Source: Candidatus Heimdallarchaeum endolithica (GTDB lineage Archaea > Asgardarchaeota > Heimdallarchaeia > Heimdallarchaeales > Heimdallarchaeaceae). From it: a stretch of DNA of 64,000 bases. The notes under the pieces are model-generated. The model was not told where the DNA came from and searched no databases. It saw only the letters and a list, made by a program, of their open reading frames with translations. The stretch lies in the NCBI GenBank assembly GCA_021513715.1, contig CP084167.1, forward strand, positions 2,240,001-2,304,000, given 5' to 3'. Shown here piece after piece: positions 10,219-19,707 of this stretch (the stretch's first letter is position 1; each line of letters begins with the position of its first letter). The position numbers and the translations under genes are program-made.

Positions 10219-12301
10219 TCTTCTTTGAAGGACAATCCATTGATATGCAAGAAATTATTGTCTTTCTCTTATTTTCAATTTTTATCATTGGAAGGTTGTC
10301 ATATTCGCAAATTTCTTCTGTTGGATAAATATTACCATATTGAGGTAAAGGGAAAGTAGCCTTACATTGTATTTTTGGATCCTTAAACGCCGAACAAGCA
10401 ATAAAACGTTTTTTTGTTTTTTTATTTTTTACTATTATTAGTTCTCCCTTTTTGCATACAGGGCATTTTCCTAACACAATTAGTTGTTCATTATTGTTTG
10501 GCATTAAGTGGAGATCAGTTGCTAGTTCGTATCCTATTAATTCTTCTTTTTTATGGAATCCTTTCAATGTTTTTGTTAGTTCTTGTTGAATAGAAATTAA
10601 CTCTGTTTTTAGTTCTCTTTTTTCCTCTTGTATCTTGTCCATCTTTTCTTCTAAATCCCTTGTCATGGATGGTGTTATTATGAGCGGAAAATTTTTTGAC
10701 AAAACTCGTATGATTGATTCTCCAAGTAGAGTAGGTTTTATTTCAATTCCTTCGATGTATTCTCTGGTGTAAAGTGTTGTTATTATTTCTGCTCTTGTTG
10801 CTTTTGTTCCTAGTTTTTCGTCTTCCATTTTCTTTAATAGCGTTGATTCGTTAAACCTATTAGGCGGTTTTGTAAAATGTTTTTCATGTTTTATATAGTT
10901 AAAAATCACTTTATCATTTAATTTGACATCTGGTGTGTTTTTTTCTTCAAATGAAACATAGGGCTTATAATATCTCATCCACCCCTCTTCTATCAGCTCT
11001 TGTCCTTTAAAATAAAATATGTGTTTGTTTACGCTTATTTCTACTCTTTTCTCTATTTTTTTACCAGGCCCAGCAAAAACAGAGAGATATTTTTTTACTA
11101 TTAGATCATATAGGTTTTTTTCATCTTTCGTACTTTGATTATCTAGTGGTAATCCTGTTGGATGAATGGCTGGGTGTGCAGCATCTGTTTTTTTACCTTC
11201 AAATGGTTTGAATCTCTTTTTATCTAAAATTTCTTCTGCTAGATTCTTATATTTTGATATCTGGCTAAGTTTACTTAAGATGTTTTTGTGTCCAAGTGTC
11301 ATAGGAAGTTTTTGGCTATCCGTTCTTGGATAAGAAATAATACCTTTAAGGTATAGTTTTTCTGCAATTTTTAGTGTTTTACTTGGTGAAAATTTGAAAA
11401 ACCAGTATGCTTGTCTTTGTAATTCACTCAGATTAAAAGGTGGTTGGTTATATATGGGTTTTTCTTCACTTTTAATATCTGTTATAGTTCCCTCTAAAGA
11501 ACTACATTCAGAAGAGATTTTTTGTGCTTCTGCAAGAGTGTCAATTTTATCTTTAAAATATAATACACTAAAGTTATTTCCACCCATTTTAACTTCTGCA
11601 GCGATTTTCCAGTAAGGAATGGGAACAAACAAGTTGATTTTCTCTTCTCTTTCAACGATAAAAAAAAGTGTGGGACCTTGAACTCTCCCAATTGATAAGA
11701 GTTTAAATTTTCCTGTAATTCGTTTGTACGAACTAGAAAGGGCAGTTGTGAAATTTATTCCATATAACCAGTCAACATAATGTCTTAAAAGTCCGGCGTT
11801 TAAGAAACCTATGTCTAAGGATTCTTCCATTGCATCAAAAGCTTTGTTTATGTCACGTTTTGTTAGAGTTGAAAACTTCATTCTTTTTGCATTTTCCTTT
11901 TCAAAAACATATTTCAAAATTAAGTATCCGATTACTTCTCCTTCTCTGTCGTAGTCTGTCATTATAATTATATCTTTTGTTCCGCTTCGTAATGATTGGA
12001 AAACTTCAACATATTTTTTTGTTCTCTTACTTTTTCCTTCCTTGTATGTAGGTAACCATCGAAAATCTAAAGCTGGATATAACCAATTCTCTCCAATTTG
12101 GGACAATGTGAATAGATGCCCTATTGCTGGGACAATAATAATTTTTTTTCTATCTCTCTTACATAAATAAACAGAAACTCCCTTAATATCAACTTTTTCT
12201 GGCTTATTTTTTTCATCAATGGCCCAAGCTAGTCTATTAGCAGCTTGGGGTTTTTCTGCAATTCCTATTATATATGGTGGAGTTATTTTTGTTGTTGGCA
12301 T
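10199..12301 (-). CDS. topA: DNA topoisomerase I (type IA)
   Basis: AEKP, DYDREGE, SIGRVQGPTL, ISYPRTDS active site, C-terminal Zn ribbon. Confidence 0.95.
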   Translation of the reverse strand: MPTTKITPPYIIGIAEKPQAANRLAWAIDEKNKPEKVDIKGVSVYLCKRDRKKIIIVPAIGHLFTLSQIGENWLYPALDFRWLPTYKEGKSKRTKKYVEVFQSLRSGTKDIIIMTDYDREGEVIGYLILKYVFEKENAKRMKFSTLTKRDINKAFDAMEESLDIGFLNAGLLRHYVDWLYGINFTTALSSSYKRITGKFKLLSIGRVQGPTLFFIVEREEKINLFVPIPYWKIAAEVKMGGNNFSVLYFKDKIDTLAEAQKISSECSSLEGTITDIKSEEKPIYNQPPFNLSELQRQAYWFFKFSPSKTLKIAEKLYLKGIISYPRTDSQKLPMTLGHKNILSKLSQISKYKNLAEEILDKKRFKPFEGKKTDAAHPAIHPTGLPLDNQSTKDEKNLYDLIVKKYLSVFAGPGKKIEKRVEISVNKHIFYFKGQELIEEGWMRYYKPYVSFEEKNTPDVKLNDKVIFNYIKHEKHFTKPPNRFNESTLLKKMEDEKLGTKATRAEIITTLYTREYIEGIEIKPTLLGESIIRVLSKNFPLIITPSMTRDLEEKMDKIQEEKRELKTELISIQQELTKTLKGFHKKEELIGYELATDLHLMPNNNEQLIVLGKCPVCKKGELIIVKNKKTKKRFIACSAFKDPKIQCKATFPLPQYGNIYPTEEICEYDNLPMIKIENKRKTIISCISMDCPSKKSDKNGK

Positions 12302-12344
12302 TATTTAATCTCCAAGTGTTTACTTTCAAAGAAAAAGCACTGAA

Positions 12345-12430
12345 TGGAGCCAGGACGGGGATTTGAACCCCGGATCTCAGAGAGAACTGATTTTCAAGAC
12401 CAGCGCCGTAGTCCGCTTGGCTATCCTGGC
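12345..12430 (-). tRNA. tRNA-Ser(TGA), CCA encoded
   Basis: GCCAGGA/TCCTGGC acceptor, anticodon loop CTTGAAA, long variable arm, GTTCAAATC. Confidence 0.92.
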
Positions 12431-12544
12431 TCGTGTTTCTATAACTTCTATTATATCATTAAATATTCTTCTGCACTTATAATTGAAAAAACGATGGCTA
12501 ATAAAAATTTATCTTTACCCGATAGAGTGATTGTGATACTTATT

Positions 12545-13843
12545 TTAATCAGAGATAATTCTGTTGTATTCATTTTCATTTCTATTTTCTTTTTTTGTAG
12601 CATCAATGATTACCTTAATACTTGTATCATCATTTTTATTTCGAGAAGGATCTAAAGATGAACCTCTTATATTATCTATTATAATAATATCTCCGGAACC
12701 TGCTCTTGTTATTGTTGCCCATTCCACGCTTGAGGGATTATTTACATCAATATCTTCATTGACTACTGTGCACCATTTTAATGATGGATGAGCTGCAAAA
12801 GCAGCTAAAGCTACATTTTTTGCGTCTCCTGTTTTTCTTTGTGTAATAGAAATAACTGCATGTAACCATCCGCATCCTCCTGATGTTAAAACTAAATCAT
12901 GAACTTCTGGGACTATCTTCTTAACATATGAGTATATAGCAGCTTCTTTTGGGAACCCCATCAGAAGATAATGTTCTTCATGAGCTGGTAATATTGTTTG
13001 AAAAACCGCATTTTTTCTGTGATATAGCTTTTTGAATCTTATTACAGGTTGAATTCTTTTTGTATCTAAAGTTCCTGTAATATCTACAAAAGGTCCTTCT
13101 TCCTCTGTTTCATCTGCAATTATCTCTCCTTCAATTACAAACTCAACATCTACAGGAACATCAATTCCAAAAATTGGTGTTCTGATAACCTTTATTCCGT
13201 TTTCTAATAAAGTATTTGCAACAGAAAGTTCACTTTCTCCATATTTAAGAGGTGTTGATGCTGCTAGAGCAATTAATGGATGATAACCAATAATTAGTGC
13301 AATTGGTGTATTTCTCCCATTTTTACGATTTGAATGAAATATTTGATACAAATCACGTGGTACCAAGCGAATAATTCCTTCATTTTTTGATAAAATCATG
13401 ATTCTATGTATACTAGCATTGACTTTGCCTGTCTCTGGGTTTTTTGCGATAACAATGGCAGAGGTTAAATACCTTCCACCATCTTTCGGAAAAAATTTAG
13501 GGATAGGTAGCTGGTTAAAGTCGACTTCAGTTTCAACTTCAAAACTTGTTGAAAAGTCAGTTTCTTCGGGATATTTTGCTTTTGTAGACGCATTATTGAG
13601 TTTTTCATACATTTCCTTTTTATTTGATTTTAATAATAGATTAAACCAGCTTCTTGATTGTAATAAATTTCCAATTAATGGGTATTTTGTATTTTTCACT
13701 TTTTTAAAAAGAATTGCGCTATTACTATACTCCTTCATGAGTTTGGCAATTTCTAAATTTGAATCAACAGTATCATCAATTATGGTTAAAAGTTTTCTTT
13801 TTTCTAATTCATTGATATATCCTCTAAGACTCACTTTAAACAC
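12545..13843 (-). CDS. UbiD-family decarboxylase
   Basis: 'DGGRYLT', 'NASIHR', 'EGPFVD.TG', 'GSSLDPS'. Confidence 0.92.
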   Translation of the reverse strand: MFKVSLRGYINELEKRKLLTIIDDTVDSNLEIAKLMKEYSNSAILFKKVKNTKYPLIGNLLQSRSWFNLLLKSNKKEMYEKLNNASTKAKYPEETDFSTSFEVETEVDFNQLPIPKFFPKDGGRYLTSAIVIAKNPETGKVNASIHRIMILSKNEGIIRLVPRDLYQIFHSNRKNGRNTPIALIIGYHPLIALAASTPLKYGESELSVANTLLENGIKVIRTPIFGIDVPVDVEFVIEGEIIADETEEEGPFVDITGTLDTKRIQPVIRFKKLYHRKNAVFQTILPAHEEHYLLMGFPKEAAIYSYVKKIVPEVHDLVLTSGGCGWLHAVISITQRKTGDAKNVALAAFAAHPSLKWCTVVNEDIDVNNPSSVEWATITRAGSGDIIIIDNIRGSSLDPSRNKNDDTSIKVIIDATKKENRNENEYNRIISD

Positions 13844-14059
13844 TCATTTTGTTTTAATAAAAGATGTAAATAAACCTTTTAATTGTTCCTTATTATTCCT
13901 TGATTTTTTTTCTATTTATAATGATTTCATTTAATGTTGATAGTATATCGTCAAAAATATAAATATTTTCAATGTTTAAGGAAACAAGAACCATTTTCCC
14001 AGTTATTTTGGAAAATCTCTCTCCTATGATTCTTACAAATTGTTCGTTTTTCATTCCAT

Positions 14060-15845
14060 AATTTACTTTTTGCGTAATTTTGCGAACATTAGGATAGAGA
14101 GTATGGATGAAAAAGAAAAAAAGGAAAAGAAGAGGAAAAAAGATGGAGAAGATAGTCAAAACTTTGAAAGTAAAAATAAAAAATGAAGTTTTGACGAGGA
14201 GAAAAAAGGAAAGATTAAGAAGAATAACAGGGAGAGACACAAGGATAATAGAAAATATGTAAAAATTATTCATCACAACAGAAGAAGACTGTGTATGAAA
14301 ACAAAGAAAGGAGAAATAAGAGTACATAGAGGAAAACTAGATGAACTAACATTGACAACATCAAGGCTAAAAAAAGTAGAAGAGAGACTGTTCCTCATGA
14401 CCTTAAAAAGATGTTCCCTTACTGTTCTCACGATGAGTTTCAAGAGTGTAGAGACATAGCAGTACAACTGTACGAGCAAGGATATAGACCTGAAGCCACT
14501 CGTCCTCCAAAAAAGAGACCCAGAAGACAACTAATCAATAAGAATAGGTTTATTCTTACTAATTTGCCAAAAGAGAAAAACAACTCCATTTCTCGTTGGT
14601 GGGTAGGAATAAGAGACTCATTAGACACGTGGAAAAGAAAGACAAGGTATCATCAACGATTATGGTTGCCTTTAGAGATGAGCACTTTTCATCAAAAAGA
14701 ATTGAAAAAAGGACAAATAAAAAGTTTAGAACTGAGATATAAACGTTCTACAAGTGAGTGGTGGGTGTATTTTCAATTAGAAGTTCTTCCTCCTTCTTCT
14801 TTTCCTTGTCCAGTTGATAATTCTTCTTCTCTTCCTCCAGCTGTACTGGGGATAGATCTAGGGATAAACATTCCTGCTGCAGGAGTGTTATTAACGCCCA
14901 AAAGGAAATTAACTATTAAAGAGATAAAATTCTGGCATACCAAACAGTGGAATAGAATCAATCATAGATATAAACTCAAGCTTTCCCGTCTTCAGAGGAA
15001 AGGGGCTTTAAATGACCAGTCGGGTAAAAAACACCAAATTTATCGTTTTCTTGGATATCTTCGTCGGAGATATAGAAACGTTAAACGGTCCTATATTCAC
15101 CAATTTGTAAGAGATGTTGTGCAGACGATAGAGACCTATGCTCAAATGTATGACTTTTTCGTCGTCGTAGGTTACCCCAAAAATGTTAGAAAAGGAAAAG
15201 GAAAAGAAAAAGGGAAAGAAAAAAGTACTCGTTATTTTCGTAGAAAACTTCACCAGTGGAATTATGCTCTTGTTCTTTCTCTTCTCCGTCGAGCACTTAT
15301 ACTTCGAGGTTTTGCTCCTCATCGTATTCTTATAATAGACGAAAGAGGAACATCTTCTCATTGTTCCCGTTGTGGAAAAGAAGTTTCTCGTCCCGTTAGA
15401 GGATTAGTACACTGTCCCTTTTGTAACTATACTTACCACTCTGATTTAACAGGGGCTAGAAATATTGCTCGTAAGTTCCTTAGTCATCTTTTTCGTCCCC
15501 GTGCTACAACTATTGCTGATTACTTTACTGGTCAAAAATTCAGTCTTACTCATTACACTGTTTGCCGAGGACTCAGCCATTGGTTGTAGTCCCAGTAGAC
15601 AAAAAGAAATAATTACTCTTATATTCAAGGGCTAGTTATTCTTTCATTTTTGTCTCTCGTGGAGTGAAGAAAAGAGCTTACAACTCTTTTTTTCTTTATG
15701 ATTCCCCCGATTCGTGTATGACGTCTGTCTTAATCTCCTTCTTCTTTCATTGTATGTTAGGATTAAGTTCTCAAGAAACTGACAATTATCTCTTATTGTT
15801 TTTTTCTTGAAAGACTGAGTTCGACAAACTTCGCAAAAAGTAAAT
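14060..15845 (+). mobile_element. TnpB-carrying element with terminal inverted repeats, CAT at both junctions, target CATG; no transposase
   Basis: ATTTACTTTTTGCG (14061-14074) is the reverse complement of 15832-15845, with imperfect extension to ~27 bp; CAT at 14057-59 and 15846-48. Confidence 0.9.
14107..15589 (+). CDS. tnpB: TnpB-family RNA-guided nuclease with rearranged RuvC-II; 5' part has two -1 frameshifts (~14255, ~14370); intact ORF 14411..15589
   Basis: GIDLG (RuvC-I), VVVGYP, IIDERGTSSHCSRCG, CPFC, HSDLTGARNI; upstream frames read MEKIVKTLKVKIK... Confidence 0.88.
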
Positions 15846-15848
15846 CAT
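15590..15848 (+). ncRNA. putative omegaRNA scaffold of the TnpB element
   Basis: Stacked hairpins (AGACAAAAA/TTTTTGTCT, AAAAGAG/CTCTTTT, CTTAATC/GATTAAG, TCAAGAAA/TTTCTTGA) between the tnpB stop and the right end; homologous to 27898-28081. Confidence 0.7.
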
Positions 15849-16017
15849 GTAAAAGGCTAGTTGAAGAAGAAAAATCGATTGGAGGGTATGATAAGCCTAT
15901 AGTACCTAATTTCGGTGATTTTTCTGATATAAAAATAGATATTCCATTATCAAAAAAAATTACTGAAAGAAAAAATAAATTATCTTTTATTTCAACATCT
16001 TTGTTTACTATTTCTAG

Positions 16018-17030
16018 AAGCATGTCCAAAAATTAATTTTTATTGATATGGGGGTTTATGTCGGAATTATCACACATTTCCAGATTTTAGACTCCCACAA
16101 AGTAAGAAAATTCACAGTCATTAATGGACCTTTCCTTAAGAAACTGGTGAAAGTGGAACCGAGAGAAAGTAAGAGAGGGAGAAAGAGAATAGCAGAAAGG
16201 TGGGTAATATTAGCAATAGCAATCATTGCTAGAATAGAAGGGATAGCTTGGAGGAAGTTAGAAGAAAAGTTGTCTCTATGCGCTTTTTTGATAGAAGAGG
16301 GGTGGATGAGGAAGATTCCTTCTAAATCCACTTTTCATGCTGTGTGGAGAGCGACAGAAAGTAAAATCTTAGAGCAGTGGATAATAGAGTTGGGGAGAGA
16401 AATAGTGAGAAAAAAAGGGTTGAAAGCTATGTCGGTGGGCAGTTCAGGTTTTAAAATTCGTCAAGCTTCTGTTTTGCGTTTTCTCAAATGGTCAAGAGAG
16501 ACACTAAAGAAAACCTCCCAACTAAACTTTTCTGGAAGATACACCTTATAGTTGGTTTACCCTCCAGAGCTATAGTCTCTCTAGCTCATTCTGCTAGTAA
16601 CACTCACGATAGTAAAGTCTTCGGTTTGCTATGGCAGAAACTTCCTTCTGTACTCTTGAGACCTTTCTTGAGATTCTATGGTGACTGTGCCTACTGGATA
16701 GAAAATATCGTCGGTCTTCTTAGACAACATTCCTTTTTTCCCTGTTATTTGTTATTCCCCCAAAAAGTAATGTTCGTTATCCCTCTCCTCCTCTCTGACC
16801 AATAGTTCAAGCTCATCTTCTCTACCCTTGTCTCTATCGCCATAATCATCACCCCGAGTATCGTAGTACTATTGAACACGTCTTTGGTCTCCTCAAACTC
16901 TCTCTTCTCCCATCCTTGATCGTTTACCCTCCACCATCCTCTCTACTCTTTTTAGTTTTCTCCTCTGTTACAACTACCTTTTACTCCTTCGTACCGTTTA
17001 GTAGGCGAAAAAGAATTTTTGGACATGCTT
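16018..17030 (+). mobile_element. IS4/IS5-superfamily (DDE_Tnp_1-like) insertion sequence, degenerate copy
   Basis: 17-bp TIR AAGCATGTCCAAAAATT; 7-bp TSD TTTCTAG (16011-17, 17031-37). Confidence 0.92.
16048..17001 (+). pseudogene. frameshifted DDE transposase
   Basis: Fragments 16048..16551 and 16488..16805 match 47448..48392; first catalytic D changed to G (SVGSSG). Confidence 0.9.
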
Positions 17031-17180
17031 TTTCTAGTTTTATAATCAAAATTTTTTTTCTATCATTGTAAATTTTTTTATTATTTGAAGTTCTCTTGAG
17101 TCTATTTTCTCTAAAATTTTGATATTTCTCGTAATTAAAAGTAAAAGTTTTTTAATGTTAAGAAGTTCGCTAATGCAAGA

Positions 17181-18101
17181 TTGACAACTTCAAAGTATAC
17201 TGCTAATTTTCTTGTTGCATTAACTGCTCTTATTTGGGGAACCAGTTTTGTTGTTATTCGTTTTGGATTGAATTATTTTGATCCAATATCTTTTGTCTTT
17301 TTGAGGTTTCTATTTTCTCTTTTTTTGTTTCTTCCTGTGATTATAATTAAAAAAATAAACGTCAAAAAAGTTCTTTTTGATAAAAAAATAATAGGAATTG
17401 GTTTTTTTAATTTTATTGCATTTTTCTTTCAATATCTTGGCCAAAATTTGACTACAGCCGGGAATTCTGCTCTTTTTGTTAACTTTTATGTTGTAATTGT
17501 TCCTATCTTTTCACATTTTTTTCTGAGTGAAAAGATTAGTATTAAGACCTATATCAGTGCAGTTATTGGTTTTATTGGAGTCTTTTTTGTAAGCACTAAT
17601 CTAAATTTTCACGAATTAATGTCTGGAACCTTTCTCGGAAATGTATTAACATTTGGTGCAAGTTTGGGTTGGACTGGATATATAATAATATCAAAGAAAT
17701 CACTTAACGAAACTAATAATGAGTTAGAAACTTTTTTTGGCTCTATTTTTTGGACTACTGTCTTTTTGCTCCCAGAGTTTCTTTATTTTTTAGTGATAAA
17801 GAAAAATGCAACTATAGGTTTTTCTTTAATTTCTATTCTATCTTTACTCTATTTGGTTGTTTTCTGTACGGTTGGAGCATTTAGTCTTTATTTGTTTGCT
17901 TTAAAGTTTGCTAACGTGGGTCAAAGTTCGATCTTTCTTTTACTAGAAATTGTAGTAGCTTTCAGTCTAGAAATTCTTTTATCTATTTTTTATTCTTCAC
18001 TGTTTCCTCATTCTACTCCTGGTTTTTGGTCTCTTTTTGGAATTTTTCTCATAATTTTATCAATGTTTCTCGTTTCAATTAAGTTTAACAGAAAAAAGTG
18101 A
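17181..18101 (+). CDS. DMT/EamA family transporter
   Basis: 'LIWGTSF', ~10 TM helices, duplicated EamA pattern. Confidence 0.9.
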   Translation: MTTSKYTANFLVALTALIWGTSFVVIRFGLNYFDPISFVFLRFLFSLFLFLPVIIIKKINVKKVLFDKKIIGIGFFNFIAFFFQYLGQNLTTAGNSALFVNFYVVIVPIFSHFFLSEKISIKTYISAVIGFIGVFFVSTNLNFHELMSGTFLGNVLTFGASLGWTGYIIISKKSLNETNNELETFFGSIFWTTVFLLPEFLYFLVIKKNATIGFSLISILSLLYLVVFCTVGAFSLYLFALKFANVGQSSIFLLLEIVVAFSLEILLSIFYSSLFPHSTPGFWSLFGIFLIILSMFLVSIKFNRKK

Positions 18102-18435
18102 AATCATATTCTAATTGATTTTTTTCAAAAATTGTGGTCTATTTATAGTTAATTGTTATTACATTATTAATGCTATTAGTAAATTCTATCTCTTTTGTTA
18201 TTTATTTGATGGATTTATTTTCTAGAATCTGTTTATTTCTTGGAGTAGAATTTTTTATATTTCAAACAACAAAACGGATTTTTTTGAAAAAGAAAATATA
18301 CTTTGTTTGGTGGAAAAGAATAATCATATTGTTGATACTTTATGTCATCTGCCAAATAATTGTAAAAATTTTAAGTGGATATTAACCTGATTGCAGAGAG
18401 CAATGCTAGAAGTAAGAAAAAAAGAAGTAAAGTTG

Positions 18436-18984
18436 TTATTTCTTTTTCATGTACTCTTTAACTAGTTCTTCACCCTTTCCGATCTTATATGTGCATGGTG
18501 TCGGAAAACGATCTGCTCCTCTTTTTAGAGCATCTAAGACAAGATTATAGTTTTTTGCTTCTGTTCGTACTGTAATTAATTCTTGTCCGACTTTTACCCT
18601 TGCAGCTCGATCTGTAGGCTTTCCAAATGATCTTCTCATCCCATCTTGGATACGATCTGCCCCTGCAACAGCCATCATTTTATTTTCTCTTAAAATATGG
18701 TGTGGGTGAATTCTGATTGTCATGTGATAATTTTTTGTTCCAAGATTTCTTGACAATATTCTGTTTACTGCAATACGTGCTGCTTCTAATGCAGTATGTC
18801 TTATTTGACATTTTTCTTTAGCTACTAAATGGATGTGAACAGGAAATTTACCTTTTCTATTTCCTGCATCATATGCTCTTATTCTTGGGTCTGGCACACC
18901 TCTAACAAATTTGTCTGTACGTGTGTTTGCTGGCCCACGTGTATATCTATAACAACTTGCTGGTCTCTTTCCCATATTTCTCAC
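18436..18984 (-). CDS. rpl10e: 50S ribosomal protein uL16 (L10e)
   Basis: 'MGKRPASCYR', 'ALEAARI', 'ADRIQDGMRRSFGKP'. Confidence 0.97.
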   Translation of the reverse strand: MRNMGKRPASCYRYTRGPANTRTDKFVRGVPDPRIRAYDAGNRKGKFPVHIHLVAKEKCQIRHTALEAARIAVNRILSRNLGTKNYHMTIRIHPHHILRENKMMAVAGADRIQDGMRRSFGKPTDRAARVKVGQELITVRTEAKNYNLVLDALKRGADRFPTPCTYKIGKGEELVKEYMKKK

Positions 18985-18985
18985 C

Positions 18986-19588
18986 TTATCTTGCTGATAG
19001 AGCTATTCTCTCTACTTCAGCTTTCTTCTTTACTGCTGCAGAATTAAGATCGTTGTTAGATGCTAATATTAACTCTTCTGCTACGATTTCGTCAACACTC
19101 TTGATGTTATTAAAAGACTTCTGTTTGATAGCTTCTGCTAAATATCTTAAAGCTAAGTCCACTCTTCTTTGTGGGGCAATGTCGACGCTTGAATGTTGAG
19201 CGACTCCTCCCCATGTGATTCTTGTTGTTTCTTCTCTTGGAGCAGAATATATTATTGCATCAACTAATACTTGAATTGGATTTTTATTTGTTCTTAAGTG
19301 AATTATTTCAAAAGCAGTTTTTACAATATTAATTATTCTCTGCTTTTTACCAGCATTACGACCTTTTCTCATAAGTTTATTAACAAAGCGTTCTACAATG
19401 TTCATCTCTGATTTTTTAAATCTCTGGTCTTGAAATCTTCCTCCACTATGAGGAATTATTACTGGACGTAAACTAATATATCTTTGTAAGCCTAAATCTG
19501 CAATTTCTACTTCATCAAAGCTCCATTTATTAAATAGGCGAATGTTACTTTCACTATTAGATTCTGCACTCATTACTCTCAGCATCAC
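18986..19588 (-). CDS. rps7: 30S ribosomal protein uS7
   Basis: 'NPIQVLVDAI...APREETTRI...VDIAPQRRVDLAL'. Confidence 0.97.
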   Translation of the reverse strand: MMLRVMSAESNSESNIRLFNKWSFDEVEIADLGLQRYISLRPVIIPHSGGRFQDQRFKKSEMNIVERFVNKLMRKGRNAGKKQRIINIVKTAFEIIHLRTNKNPIQVLVDAIIYSAPREETTRITWGGVAQHSSVDIAPQRRVDLALRYLAEAIKQKSFNNIKSVDEIVAEELILASNNDLNSAAVKKKAEVERIALSAR

Positions 19589-19707
19589 CCATCAATAATT
19601 TACTTAAAAATATACTGTTCAAAGACAAAGATTGTCTACTTGTATCTCTAATCTGAATAAAAATTCTTCCCAAAAAAATATATATCTCTCGTTTCATTTC
19701 GTATTCT

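Larger units (their letters stand above)
13893..17049 (-). pseudogene. proteasome assembly chaperone 4 (PAC4)-like gene split by two insertions (segments ~17049-17038, 16017-15846, 14056-13893)
   Basis: Removing both elements gives one frame: (M)IIKLEIVNKD...SPKLGTIGLSYP...STSLLHGMKNEQFVRIIGERFSKITGKMVLVSLN... Confidence 0.75.

Noticed and set aside
12345-12430. tRNA-Sec
   Set aside because: Anticodon is TGA (Ser), not TCA, and the acceptor stem is a normal 7 bp
12344-12655. ORF MEPGRGFEPR…
   Set aside because: Antisense translation of tRNA-Ser
16021-16024. CATG inside the IS terminal repeat as a link to the CATG-targeting family
   Set aside because: Internal to an unrelated TIR with a 7-bp TSD; no shared end sequence
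13893-16029. ORFs 13893..14327 and 15793..16029 as independent genes
   Set aside because: They are chimeras of the split PAC4-like gene and element ends
18170-18385. 71-aa hydrophobic ORF
   Set aside because: Low-complexity AT-rich intergenic sequence with no supporting motif
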